Shown: positions 20,591-30,766, counted from the stretch's first letter. The stretch is DNA of 64,000 nt from Tagaea sp. (GCA_965279525.1 CBDIIB010000004.1:864001-928000), one strand, 5' to 3'. The notes: generated by a model not told the origin, from the sequence alone. Translations and numbers: made by a program.

Positions 20591-21536
20591 ATGAGCATCG
20601 CCAAGCCCACGCATCTTGCCATCCGCCGGGCGGCCGCCGCCCTGCTGCGCGGCCGTCTCGTCGCGTTCCCGACCGAGACGGTCTACGGGCTGGGTGCCCG
20701 TGCGCGTAGCGCACGCGCGGTGTTGCGTCTTTATGCAGCCAAGGGTCGGCCGCGCTTCAATCCGCTTATCGCCCATGTCGCGAGCCTTGCCCACGCCCGC
20801 CGCCTCGTCCGGTTCGATGCCCGCGCTGAACATCCTGGCACGGCACTTCTGGCCGGGGCCCCTGACGCTGGTACTGCCGCGCCAGGCAGGTGCCGCCGTC
20901 TCGCGCCTTGCCGGCGCGGGACTTGCCACGCTGGGCGTACGCATCCCCGACCATCCGGTGGCGCTTGCCCTGCTGCGGCGCGTCGGCGAGCCGGTCGTGG
21001 CCCCCAGCGCCAATCCGTCCGGCCGCCTGTCGCCGACGCGCGCGGGCGACGTCGCGCGCACGCTAGGCGGGCGCGTGGCATGCGTTCTGGATGGCGGGGC
21101 GTGCCGTGTCGGTCTTGAATCCACCGTCGTCGACCTTTCCGGTCCGGTCGCACGGCTTTTGCGCCCGGGCGGCATCGCGCGCGAAGCGATCGAAGCGCTG
21201 ATCGGCCCGCTCGGGGGGGCAGGCGGCACGATCAACGCGCCGGGCATGCTGGCAAGCCACTACGCACCACGCGCACGCCTGCGTCTCGATGCGCGCACGG
21301 CCGATTCCGGCGAGGCCTATCTCGGCTACGGCCCGCTTCCGGCCCTGCCCGCCGGGGTGCCGGCGCTTACCCTGTCCGCGACACGCGATCCGCGCGAGGC
21401 CGCGCACAACCTGTTCTCGTTCCTGCAGACGCTCGACCGGGCGCACGTTCGCACGATCGCGGTTGCGCCGATCCCGTCGGCCGGGCTCGGTCTCGCGATC
21501 CGTGACCGGCTTGCGCGTGCCGCGGCACCGCGCTAG
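20591..21536 (+). pseudogene. sua5: Sua5/TsaC L-threonylcarbamoyladenylate synthase with a +1 frameshift near 20830
   Basis: VAFPTETVYGLGA and KGRPRFNPLI in one frame; FWPGPLTLVL, APSANPSG, APGMLASHYAP and DRLARAA in the next; 946 nt. Confidence 0.85.
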
Positions 21537-22006
21537 CGGACAAGGACCATGTAGACCGCGTCTGCGCCGTAAGTCGCACGCACGTCTTCGTCGACCGCCG
21601 CCTCGACAAACCCATGATGGCGCCATAGCCCTGCAGTTCCGTTGACTGCGATCAGCGACAGCGGCGCACCGCCTGCCACGCGGGCAAGATGCGAAAGTGC
21701 CGCGCCGACAAGGCCGCGTCCACGCGCTGTTGGCGCCAGCGCGATGTCGTGCAGATGGAGCCCGCGCGGCGCATGCACCTCATAGGAGGCTTCATCCAGC
21801 TTCGGCGGCCGTCCGCATGTCGCCCAGAGCGCCACGCAGTATCCGACCGCACCCCCTTCGCGCTCGGCGATCAGGCAGGCATCCGGTGCGGCATTGAGTT
21901 TCCCGGCGAACGACGCGCGGGATTCCGGATGGTCCGGGTATAACCGGGCAGCGAGCAGCATCACGAAATCGAGATCTGCCGACGCCATCGCGCGCCAGCA
22001 TGCCAA
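21533..22006 (-). CDS. GNAT family acetyltransferase
   Basis: LHLHDIALAPTARGRGL, LIAVNGTAGLWRHHGF; start uncertain (TTG 22006 or ATG 21988). Confidence 0.75.
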   Translation of the reverse strand: MACWRAMASADLDFVMLLAARLYPDHPESRASFAGKLNAAPDACLIAEREGGAVGYCVALWATCGRPPKLDEASYEVHAPRGLHLHDIALAPTARGRGLVGAALSHLARVAGGAPLSLIAVNGTAGLWRHHGFVEAAVDEDVRATYGADAVYMVLVR

Positions 22007-22062
22007 ATTTCCCGAACTCCGCTCTTGCGATCCGGCCATGGCGTCTATCTAACACAAGGCGC

Positions 22063-23274
22063 ATGGACGAATCCCCCCTTCGGCACCGCCCCTCGGCATC
22101 GCTCGACATCCTGCGAATCGGCGCCTCGGGCGTCGTCACGATCGTCGGCTTTTCCGCACTGATCCCGTTCGCGGCAATCCGGCTTGAATCACTCGGCCAT
22201 TCCGCCGCGGCGATCGGGGCATTCTCGGCGCTGCCCTGGCTTGCGATCCTGATTGTCGCTCCCTTCGTTCCTCGCCTTGCACGTTCGTTCGGCGGGGACC
22301 GCCTTTACGTGTGGGGTGCACTCGCGGGCGCACCCCTGCCGCTCGTCTTCGCGCTGACGGCCGACTACGCGCTCTGGTGCGTCGCCAATTTTTCGATCGG
22401 CCTGATCGCCGCACTGCGTTGGATCGTTTCGGAAACTTGGGTCGCCGATCTTGCGCTGCCCGAACGTCGGGGGCGCATGGTCGGCCTTTACGAGACGTTC
22501 CTGGGCGCCTCCTTCGCGAGCGGACCGATTCTGCTGGTGCTGCTCGATCCGGCGACAGACCGGCCGGCATACGCAGGATCGATCCTATGGATTCTCGGCT
22601 GGCTCATTGTCATCGGGCTGGCACCAGCTCCGGTGGCGCCAGGCGACGGGCGGACGCGCGATCACGGATTCGCCGCCGTCGTCCGGGCGATTCCTGCCGT
22701 TCTGGTGGCGGCCGCAGCTGGCGGCATGTTCGAAGTCGGCCTCGCCGGTATCGGCAGCTACTGGGGGCTCACGCTTGGCTTCGGAGCAAGCGTCGCCGCC
22801 ATGCTCGCGGCTGCGCTCGGAATTGGCTCGTTCGTCGCACAGTATCCCGCCGGCTGGCTTGCCGACCATGCCGATCCGGCAAGCATCGCACGCTGGGCGT
22901 TCGTAGCGTTGATCGCCGCATCGCTTCTGGCGCTGGCCGCGACACCGACACCCGCCGTCACCCTGGGCGTCGCTGTCGTGTGGGGCGGCGTGGGCGGCGG
23001 GCTCTATACTTTGTCGATGATCGGCGTCAGCCACCGATTCTCCGGCGCGTCGCTGATGCGCGCGACGTCGGCAGTCGTTTTCGCCTACACGCTTGGCGGA
23101 ACGGTGGGGCCGTCGTTGATCGGCCTGGCGCTCGATGCCCTGCCACGCGACGGGCTGCCCCTGACGCTTGCCGGCCTCGCGGCAGCAGCACTCGCCCTGC
23201 ATATGACACTGGAAAAGGGTACGCGCACCCTCAAAAAGGGTGGGCCGCCGCACCCCCCGGAGCGGCGGCCCTGA
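22063..23274 (+). CDS. MFS transporter (YcaD-like)
   Basis: About 12 hydrophobic segments, ETWVADLALPERRGRMVGLY, QYPAGWLADH. Confidence 0.8.
   Translation: MDESPLRHRPSASLDILRIGASGVVTIVGFSALIPFAAIRLESLGHSAAAIGAFSALPWLAILIVAPFVPRLARSFGGDRLYVWGALAGAPLPLVFALTADYALWCVANFSIGLIAALRWIVSETWVADLALPERRGRMVGLYETFLGASFASGPILLVLLDPATDRPAYAGSILWILGWLIVIGLAPAPVAPGDGRTRDHGFAAVVRAIPAVLVAAAAGGMFEVGLAGIGSYWGLTLGFGASVAAMLAAALGIGSFVAQYPAGWLADHADPASIARWAFVALIAASLLALAATPTPAVTLGVAVVWGGVGGGLYTLSMIGVSHRFSGASLMRATSAVVFAYTLGGTVGPSLIGLALDALPRDGLPLTLAGLAAAALALHMTLEKGTRTLKKGGPPHPPERRP
23233..23271 (-). terminator. Rho-independent terminator-like hairpin, minus-strand polarity
   Basis: gggccgccgc/gcggcggccc 10-bp stem (23242-23271) with an A-run at 23233-23237 (U-tract on minus). 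Confidence 0.55.
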
Positions 23275-23433
23275 TCGCAAGCTCCGGCGGCTGACGCCAG
23301 CCAAAGCCTACGAAGACCGTCGGTGCCCGCGCTAGGGCGAGACACCATTTGAATACCCAAAGAAGTATAGATAACTTCAAAAACCGCTGCCACGCCGATT
23401 GGGTCCATTGCGGCGTGTATTTTCGGCGGTTTC

Positions 23434-23447
23434 TTGACTTGGATCAA
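23434..23447. promoter_or_regulatory. FNR/FixK-like box TTGAC-N4-ATCAA
   Basis: One mismatch to TTGAT-N4-ATCAA, 21 nt upstream of the oxidoreductase ATG. Confidence 0.4.
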
Positions 23448-23468
23448 ATTCGGATACGGGTTGTGCCA

Positions 23469-24914
23469 ATGACTGCCCCTCTCGACGAAATCGCCCGACC
23501 GACCGGCGACGTTCTCGACCGGATCAAGTCCGTCGTCGGCCCGAATGGCTGGATTTCGGACTCTGCCGACATGGCCAAGTTCGAGCGGGAGGAACGCGGC
23601 CTGTTCGTCGGTAAGGCGGCACTTGTCGTCCGGCCGGCTTCGACCGACGAGGTCGCCGCAATCCTGCGCATCTGCGACGTGGCCAGAGTCCCGGTGGTGC
23701 CGCAAGGCGGCAATACCGGCCTCGTAGGTGGCGGCGTTCCGCACGCGACCGGCAGCGAGATCGTCCTGTCGCTCGCGCGCATGAACCGGATCCGCAGTCT
23801 CGACACCGCAAACGACACGATCGTCGTCGATGCGGGTTGCGTACTGGCGGACATCCAGAAGGCGGCCGCCGACGCCGACCGCTATTTCGCGTTGTCGCTC
23901 GGCGCAGAGGGTACCTGCCAGATCGGCGGCAATCTTTCGACCAATGCCGGCGGCAGCAACGTGCTGCGCTACGGGATGGCGCGCGACCAGGTGCTCGGCC
24001 TAGAAGTCGTGCTCGCCGACGGCCGCGTCCTTTCCTCGCTGGGGGCCTTGCGCAAGGACAACACGGGCTACGACCTGAAGCAGCTTTTCATGGGCTCGGA
24101 AGGCACGCTCGGCATCATCACGGCCGCCGTCTTGAAACTCCACCCGGCACCGCGCGAAGTCGAGACCTGCCTGATCGCCGTGCCCACTCCGCAGGCGGTC
24201 GTCGAGCTGCTCGGCCACGCCAAGGCCGGCAGCGGCGGCAACTGCATCGCCTTCGAGTTCACCCAACGCCGGCTGATCGATTTCGTGCTCAGGCACATTC
24301 CAGGCACGTCTGACCCGTTCGACCGGCCGCATCCCTGGTACGTGCTGGCCGAGTTCGCCGCCGGCGACATGGGCGGGGCGCTGAAAGGCATGGTCGAACG
24401 GCTGCTTGAACACGCTTTCGAGGGTGGACTTGCCCTCGACGCCGTCGTGGCGACATCGTCCGCCCAGCGCAAGGCGCTTTGGAAGCTGCGAGAGAGCATG
24501 ACCGAAGCACAGAAGCCCGAAGGCGGGTCGATCAAGCACGACGTGTCCGTACCCGTGTCTGCCCTGCCCGCCTTCATCGCGCAGGCAAGCGAGTTGTGCG
24601 AACGGATGGTGCCGGGCGCGCGCGTGTGCGCGTTCGGTCATGCCGGTGACGGCAACATCCATTTCAACGTGAGCCAGCCTGCCGGCGCCGACCGCGCCGC
24701 CTTCATGGCCGGAATGCACGCGATGAACCATTCGGTTCACGCGATCGTCGCGGAGCTCGAAGGCTCGATTTCCGCCGAGCACGGCATCGGCCAGCTCAAA
24801 CGCGACGCGTTGCCCCACTACAAGAGCGCCGTGGCACTCGACCTGATGCGAGCGATCAAGCGCACGCTCGATCCCAACGGGATCCTCAATCCGGGGAAGG
24901 TCGTCCCGGAATAA
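23469..24914 (+). CDS. FAD-binding oxidoreductase (D-2-hydroxyacid/D-2-hydroxyglutarate dehydrogenase-like)
   Basis: PQGGNTGLVGG, GGNLSTNAGG, KDNTGYDLKQLFMGSEGTLG, GHAGDGNIH, SAEHGIG, LNPGK. Confidence 0.9.
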   Translation: MTAPLDEIARPTGDVLDRIKSVVGPNGWISDSADMAKFEREERGLFVGKAALVVRPASTDEVAAILRICDVARVPVVPQGGNTGLVGGGVPHATGSEIVLSLARMNRIRSLDTANDTIVVDAGCVLADIQKAAADADRYFALSLGAEGTCQIGGNLSTNAGGSNVLRYGMARDQVLGLEVVLADGRVLSSLGALRKDNTGYDLKQLFMGSEGTLGIITAAVLKLHPAPREVETCLIAVPTPQAVVELLGHAKAGSGGNCIAFEFTQRRLIDFVLRHIPGTSDPFDRPHPWYVLAEFAAGDMGGALKGMVERLLEHAFEGGLALDAVVATSSAQRKALWKLRESMTEAQKPEGGSIKHDVSVPVSALPAFIAQASELCERMVPGARVCAFGHAGDGNIHFNVSQPAGADRAAFMAGMHAMNHSVHAIVAELEGSISAEHGIGQLKRDALPHYKSAVALDLMRAIKRTLDPNGILNPGKVVPE

Positions 24915-25148
24915 TTGGCGTTCCTATCGAAGGCTTTTTTTCTTTTACCGTCGGTGAAAACGCGCTAGTGTCTTGCCGGGTTCTGGCAGGAGATGGACAT
25001 GCTGCGCTAAATTTTACGAGACATCGGAGATTTCAGGAGACCGTCTCATGTATGCCGAGTTTCTCATTTCCTGCCAGATGCTTACTCGAAAAACACGGTA
25101 ACCTTGCGTCGCCTCCCGTCGCATGTCGTCTCCTCCCAGGAAACTTTC

Positions 25149-26957
25149 ATGAGCTATCGCGCCCCGCTCGAAGACATGCAGTTTGCACTCGACGCGATCG
25201 CAGGTGTCGCTTCTCTCGAGCAGACTTCCGGCGGCGTGCCCGATGCCGCCACACTCGCCCAAGTGCTCGCGGCGGCCGGGGACTTTGCGGCAAATGAAAT
25301 CGCGCCGCTCAATGCGCCCGGCGACGCCGTCGGCGCGAAACTCGAGAACGGCATCGTGCGCACGGCGCCCGGCTTTGCGGATGCCTACCGCAGCTTCGTC
25401 GCGAACGGCTGGAACGGCCTGCCCTTTGCCGAAGCGCATGGCGGCCAGGGCCTGCCTTGGGCGCTCGCCGTCGCGGTGCAGGAAATGTGGCAGTCCGCCA
25501 GCATGTCGTTCGGCTTGTGCCCGCTGCTCACGCAAGGTGCCGTCGAACTGCTGTCGAGCCACGGCAACCCGGCGCAGAAAGCCGCCTACCTGCCTAAACT
25601 CGTATCCGGCGAATGGACCGGTACCATGAACCTCACCGAACCCCAGGCGGGTTCGGACGTGGGTGCCCTCAAGGCGCGTGCCGTGCGCGAACCGGCATCC
25701 GACGGCCCGCTCGGCGAGGCGTACCGCATCGTCGGCAACAAGTTGTTCATCACCTACGGCGAGCACGACATGACGGACAACATCGTCCACATGGTGCTTG
25801 CCCGCGCGCCCGACGCACCACCCGGTCCCAAGGGCGTTTCGCTGTTCCTTGTCCCGAAAATCCTTCCGGCGCACGGCGGCGGCCTTGGTGCGCGCAACGA
25901 CCTGCGTTGCGTCTCGCTCGAACACAAGCTTGGAGTCAACGCCTCGCCGACCTGCGTGATGGCGTTCGGCGACGGCGGCGGAGCGCTTGGCTGGCGCATC
26001 GGGGCCGAGGGCAAGGGTCTCGAATGCATGTTCACGATGATGAACAACGCCCGTCTGGCGGTCGGCCTGCAGGGCGTGGCGATCGCAGAACGTGCCTATC
26101 AGGCCGCGCGCGCCTATTCGCGGACCCGCGTGCAGAGCCGCGAACTCGGCGCCACCGCCCCCAGCCCGGTCGCGATCGAGCGGCATCCCGACGTGAGGCG
26201 CATGCTTCTCGACATGAAATCGAAGATCGAGGCCGCGCGCGCCCTCGCCTACTCCGCGCACCTGTCGCTCGATCTCGCGGCAAAGGCGACCGATCCGGAG
26301 CTGCGCATGCGTCAACAGGCGCGTGTCGACCTCCTCACGCCGGTGGTCAAGGCGTGGGCGACCGACATCGGGTGCGATGTCGCCTCGACCGGTGTGCAAA
26401 TCCATGGTGGCATGGGGTACATCGAGGAGACAGGAGCGGCCCAGCATCTGCGCGACGCGCGCATCGCGCCCATCTACGAGGGCACCAACGGCATCCAGGC
26501 CAACGATCTCGTGTTCCGCAAGATCGTCCGCGACAAAGGGGCGGCCGCGCGCGCGTTCCTCGCCGAGATCGCCGGCATTCGGGGCGCCCTCGCTGCGGCT
26601 CCTGGCGAAGATCTCGCCGTCATCGGCAGCCAACTCGACGCCGGCCGCGAAGCGCTGGAAACGGCGATCGCGCATATGGTCACGACAGGCGATCGGGATC
26701 CGAAGTCCGCCGCGGCGTCAGCCGTACCGTTCTTGAATCTCTTCGGCATCGTTGCCGGCGGCTCCCTGCTCGCCAAGGGCGCGTTGGCCGCTGCCGGGCG
26801 CCTGGCGCGCTCTGGTGGCAACAAGGAGTTTCTCGCGGGACGCCTGGTGGTCGCGCGCTATTACGCCGACCATCTCCTGTCCCGGGCACCGGGATTCGTA
26901 CATACGATCCTTCATGGGGCCGACGCCGTTTCGCGATTCGCCGAAAGCGAACCCTGA
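25149..26957 (+). CDS. Acyl-CoA dehydrogenase (long, DmdC/FadE-like)
   Basis: [54 protein letters not shown]. Confidence 0.92.
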   Translation: MSYRAPLEDMQFALDAIAGVASLEQTSGGVPDAATLAQVLAAAGDFAANEIAPLNAPGDAVGAKLENGIVRTAPGFADAYRSFVANGWNGLPFAEAHGGQGLPWALAVAVQEMWQSASMSFGLCPLLTQGAVELLSSHGNPAQKAAYLPKLVSGEWTGTMNLTEPQAGSDVGALKARAVREPASDGPLGEAYRIVGNKLFITYGEHDMTDNIVHMVLARAPDAPPGPKGVSLFLVPKILPAHGGGLGARNDLRCVSLEHKLGVNASPTCVMAFGDGGGALGWRIGAEGKGLECMFTMMNNARLAVGLQGVAIAERAYQAARAYSRTRVQSRELGATAPSPVAIERHPDVRRMLLDMKSKIEAARALAYSAHLSLDLAAKATDPELRMRQQARVDLLTPVVKAWATDIGCDVASTGVQIHGGMGYIEETGAAQHLRDARIAPIYEGTNGIQANDLVFRKIVRDKGAAARAFLAEIAGIRGALAAAPGEDLAVIGSQLDAGREALETAIAHMVTTGDRDPKSAAASAVPFLNLFGIVAGGSLLAKGALAAAGRLARSGGNKEFLAGRLVVARYYADHLLSRAPGFVHTILHGADAVSRFAESEP

Positions 26958-27096
26958 ATTTTTCTACGCAGGCGGCCAAAATTTGCTTGCACCGGCCGGC
27001 TTTTCGGCCCAAATAGGCAAGCAAGATGCACGGGGCGGTCGATGGAGAGTCGGCGGCCCCTTTTGTCTGTCGGAAAAGGGAAGGTGTGGGCAAGGA

Positions 27097-27600
27097 ATGG
27101 CGAACAAAGCGGCGCTGCGCAGTCTGAAAGTGGTTACCGGCGAAAACCGGTCCCCGGCCTCCAAGGCCCTCAAGTCAGCGGCGCACGACCTGCCTTTCCA
27201 TGTCCAGAGTACCGAGACCACGGTCGCCAAGGACCATTTCGTCGAGCGCAACGGCATCAAGTATGCCGGTACGCATCTCCTCGTCGAGCTCTGGGGTGCC
27301 AGCAATCTGGGCGATTCGGCATTGACCGAAGCCGCGCTGCGCGAAGGTGCCATCGCGGCCGGTGCCACGATCCTGCATTGCCATCTTCACCATTTCGGAC
27401 CCGATGCCGGGCTTTCCGGCGTCCTGGTGCTTGCCGAAAGCCATATCTCGATCCACACGTGGCCGGAGCGCGGCTACGCCGCGATCGACGTCTTCATGTG
27501 CGGCGTGTGCGATCCCTACCAGGCGATCCCGGCGATCAAGCGCGCCTTCGCGCCGACCTCGGTCCAGATCGTCGAGAGCCGCCGCGGCGTGATGGCCTGA
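27097..27600 (+). CDS. speD: S-adenosylmethionine decarboxylase proenzyme
   Basis: [21 protein letters not shown] (ES self-cleavage site), DVFMCG. Confidence 0.92.
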   Translation: MANKAALRSLKVVTGENRSPASKALKSAAHDLPFHVQSTETTVAKDHFVERNGIKYAGTHLLVELWGASNLGDSALTEAALREGAIAAGATILHCHLHHFGPDAGLSGVLVLAESHISIHTWPERGYAAIDVFMCGVCDPYQAIPAIKRAFAPTSVQIVESRRGVMA

Positions 27601-27614
27601 AGGCCGTACGGCAC

Positions 27615-28481
27615 GTGAACGCCCGGACAAAGACGATCTGGTTCGACGAGCAACTCTATCCGCATGTCCGCCAAGGCATGTCGATCGAGAAGGTGCTCTT
27701 CCGCGAGCGTACGGAACACCAGGATCTCGTCGTCTTCCAGAACCCGACTTATGGGCGGGTGCTGGCGCTCGACGGCATCGTCCAGGTCACGGAGAAGGAC
27801 GAGTACGTCTATCACGAGATGATGACGCACGTTCCGATCCTCGGTCACGGGCGCGCGCGGCGCGTGCTGATCATTGGTGGCGGCGACGGCGGCATCCTGC
27901 GCGAGGTCCTTCGGCACAAATCCGTCACGAGCGTAACGATGGTCGAGATCGACCGCGCGGTCGTCGACATGTGCCTCAAGTGGATGCCGAGCGTCGCCGG
28001 GCGCGCGTTCGAGGACCGGCGCACCGACCTCGTGATCGCGGACGGCGCGCGATTCGTCGCGGAAACGGACAAGCGCTTCGACGTGATCATCGTCGATTCG
28101 ACGGATCCGATCGGCCCGGGCGAAGTGCTTTTCACCGAGGGCTTCTACCGCGACTGCAAGCGCTGCCTTGCTGCCGGGGGCATCCTCGTGAACCAGAACG
28201 GCGTGCCGTTCCTCCAGCCCGGCGAGATCCCGATGACCCGTAAGCGCCGCGGGAAGTCGTTCAAGATCGCCTCGTTCTACATGGCAGCCGTGCCGTCCTA
28301 TTACGGCGGCCTGATGGCGCTGGGCTGGGCAAGCGACGACGCGCGCGCGGCCGAAGTGCCGCTCGCCACGATCCGCCGGCGCTTCGCGGCGGCGAAATTG
28401 AATACTCGCTATTACAGCCCCGAGATCCATCGCGGCTGCTTCGCCCTGCCCGCCTTCGTGGCGGCGCTCGCAGGCCGGTGA
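27615..28481 (+). CDS. speE: Spermidine synthase (polyamine aminopropyltransferase)
   Basis: LALDGIVQ, YHEMMTH, VLIIGGGDGG, FDVIIVDSTDP; GTG start. Confidence 0.92.
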   Translation: MNARTKTIWFDEQLYPHVRQGMSIEKVLFRERTEHQDLVVFQNPTYGRVLALDGIVQVTEKDEYVYHEMMTHVPILGHGRARRVLIIGGGDGGILREVLRHKSVTSVTMVEIDRAVVDMCLKWMPSVAGRAFEDRRTDLVIADGARFVAETDKRFDVIIVDSTDPIGPGEVLFTEGFYRDCKRCLAAGGILVNQNGVPFLQPGEIPMTRKRRGKSFKIASFYMAAVPSYYGGLMALGWASDDARAAEVPLATIRRRFAAAKLNTRYYSPEIHRGCFALPAFVAALAGR

Positions 28482-28618
28482 AGCCCCCGATCTTCACCGC
28501 GATGGGCAACCATCCGGCGGAGATGCGCACACTGCCTCAACTGTATGACAAGACGATGCGCGAGGTGGCGTTCGCCGACGCACGCGCGGATTCAGCCTCG
28601 AGAGGAACTGAAAGATGA
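28478..28618 (+). CDS. 46-aa small ORF/gene remnant coupled to both neighbours
   Basis: GTGA overlap with the speE stop and ATGA overlap with the next start; MKPPIFTAMGNHPAEMRTLPQLYDKTMREVAFADARADSASRGTER. Confidence 0.4.
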   Translation: MKPPIFTAMGNHPAEMRTLPQLYDKTMREVAFADARADSASRGTER

Positions 28619-29487
28619 CCGAAGTCGCATTCCTGGGCCTGGGACGGATGGGAATTGGCATGGCCGGCCGGCTCGTCGCTGCCGGGCACCGCGTGCGCGT
28701 CTGGAACCGTAGCCGTGCGCGCGCCGCCTCTTTGATCGAGAAAGGCGCCATCTGGGCCGATACGCCGGCGCAAGCCGCACGCGGTGCTGAAGTCGCGTTC
28801 GCGATGCTTTCCGACGACGTCGCGTCGCAAGACGTCTGGCGAGGGGCGGACGGGGCATTGGCCGCGCTCGCTCCCGGCGCCTTCGTCGTCGAGTGCTCGA
28901 CCATCTCGGCCGCGCACGTCGCCTCTCTCGCGTCGGATGCCAAGGCAAAGGGCCTACGCTATATCGATAGCCCTGTTACCGGCTTTCCAAGCCATGCGGC
29001 GGCCGGCACGATGACGCTGCTGGTGGGGGCCGCTCAGGCGGATCTCGACGCGCTGCGCGCCCTCTTCGGCACGCTTGCCGGCACGATCCGCCATTTCGGC
29101 GATGTCGGCGCAGGCACGGCCTACAAGCTGATGGTCAACCTGATGGGGGCCGTGCAGATCGCCGCCCTCGCCGAGGGGATCGCGCTCGGCCGCCGCCTCG
29201 GACTCGACGACAAGGCAGTCGGCGAGGCGCTGGCGGCCGGTGCCGCGGCTAGCCCGCAGGTGGTCCAGAACATCCCGCGCATGCTCGCGGGCGACTGGGA
29301 CAAGGATCAGGTCTTCACGGCAGCCCTGCGTCACAAGGACGCGGCCTATGGTGCGGCCCTGGTGAAGGCAGCCAGGGTATCGGCACCCCTCGGGATCGCC
29401 GCGACGGCATGGTTCGAGGCCGCCAAGGCACTCGATCCCGATGCCGACCAGTCGATCGTGCTGAAGGCGATCCTCAGCGCTTCATGA
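28615..29487 (+). CDS. NAD(P)-dependent beta-hydroxyacid dehydrogenase (3-hydroxyisobutyrate DH family)
   Basis: FLGLGRMG, VWNRS, VECSTIS, DSPVTG, GAGTAYKLMVN. Confidence 0.88.
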   Translation: MTEVAFLGLGRMGIGMAGRLVAAGHRVRVWNRSRARAASLIEKGAIWADTPAQAARGAEVAFAMLSDDVASQDVWRGADGALAALAPGAFVVECSTISAAHVASLASDAKAKGLRYIDSPVTGFPSHAAAGTMTLLVGAAQADLDALRALFGTLAGTIRHFGDVGAGTAYKLMVNLMGAVQIAALAEGIALGRRLGLDDKAVGEALAAGAAASPQVVQNIPRMLAGDWDKDQVFTAALRHKDAAYGAALVKAARVSAPLGIAATAWFEAAKALDPDADQSIVLKAILSAS

Positions 29488-30766
29488 TCGCGCCGGCGAT
29501 GTCGGCGCCATCGCTTTTCGCGAGCGACAGGTCGACATCGAGCAGCACGGCATCGCGCAGGACCGCGCGCGTGAAATTGGCGTCGAGGACATTGGCGCGA
29601 TGCAGGTTGGCGCCGGCGAAATCGCAATCCTGGAAATTCGCGTCGGCAAGATTGGCCGGCCACAGGCGGCCCGAGGGCTGGCCGTTGGGCATCGGCATGT
29701 TGACCGGAGCAAGCGATGCCTTGGCAAAGGTAGCACCTTGCGCATCCGCACGGCTCATGTTGACGCCGTTGAGATTCGCCTCCGAGAAGTCCGCACCTTT
29801 GAGGTCGGAACCGGTCATGTCGCACATGATGAGCTGCGCCTTGACCAGCTTGGTGCCCTGGAGATTGGCACCGGTGAGCGTGGCGCCAGACAGGTTCGCA
29901 TTGGAAAAGTCGAGACCCTTGAGGTCGGCCTTCGTGAAGTCGGCACGGCGTCCCACGCGGCCTTCCGACTTGATCCAGAGCTGGTGGTCACGAAGCTGGG
30001 CCTGGACCGCGTCGGACAGCGCTTCCTGCTGGGCGACCATGTTGGCGCCCTGCGTGTTCGCGCGATGCATGTCGACGCCGTTGAGATTGGCGCCGATCAG
30101 GTTCGCATCGCGGAAATCCGCACCGTCGATGATGGCGCCGGACAGATCGACGCCCTTGAGGTTTGCGCCGGCAAGATTGGCGCCCATGATGTTCGCGCCC
30201 TTGAGGTTCGCGGTCTCGAGGTTGGCGCGTGCCATCGATGCCATCTCGAGATTGCAACCGGCAAGCCGTGCGCCCGAACAATCGGCTTCCGTCAGGTTGG
30301 CCTTCGACAGGTCGGCACCCTGCGCGTTCGCCTTGGCGAGGATGGCCTGCTCGAGGTCCGACCCCTGCAGGTCGGCCGAGACGAGAGCGATGCCGTCGCC
30401 GCGGCGCGACTGCATCAGCGTGCCGCCGCGCAGGTCGGCACCGCGAAGATTGGCGCCTCGCATGCGGCAACCGCGCAAGTAGGCGCCGCGCAGATCGGCC
30501 TTGGACAAGTTCGCGAGGCTGAGGTCGGCGCGATCGAAATTCACAGCAAAGAGATCGGCTTCCGACAGGTCGGCACCGGCAAGCACCGCACGCGACAGAT
30601 TTGCGCCCGGCATCTTCGCCTGTCGCAGGTTGGCACGGGAAAGCGAGATGCCGTGCATGTCGGCCAACGTCAGGTTGGCGCGAACCCCGCCAGGCTTGCG
30701 ATTGAGGAACTTCTCATGATCCGAAAGGATCTTGACGATTTCCTGTGGTGAGAGCGGACCCGGCAT
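29474..30766 (-). CDS. Pentapeptide repeat protein (two repeat modules)
   Basis: Extensive A(D/N)LxxA(D/N)L repeats; duplicated HxxW/F..GG/EG.RA(N/D) capping segments. Confidence 0.92.
   Translation of the reverse strand: MPGPLSPQEIVKILSDHEKFLNRKPGGVRANLTLADMHGISLSRANLRQAKMPGANLSRAVLAGADLSEADLFAVNFDRADLSLANLSKADLRGAYLRGCRMRGANLRGADLRGGTLMQSRRGDGIALVSADLQGSDLEQAILAKANAQGADLSKANLTEADCSGARLAGCNLEMASMARANLETANLKGANIMGANLAGANLKGVDLSGAIIDGADFRDANLIGANLNGVDMHRANTQGANMVAQQEALSDAVQAQLRDHQLWIKSEGRVGRRADFTKADLKGLDFSNANLSGATLTGANLQGTKLVKAQLIMCDMTGSDLKGADFSEANLNGVNMSRADAQGATFAKASLAPVNMPMPNGQPSGRLWPANLADANFQDCDFAGANLHRANVLDANFTRAVLRDAVLLDVDLSLAKSDGADIAGAIMKR

Noticed and set aside
29474-30766. 15-nt periodic repeats resembling an array
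   Set aside because: Degenerate coding repeats of the pentapeptide protein; no identical repeats, spacers or cas genes
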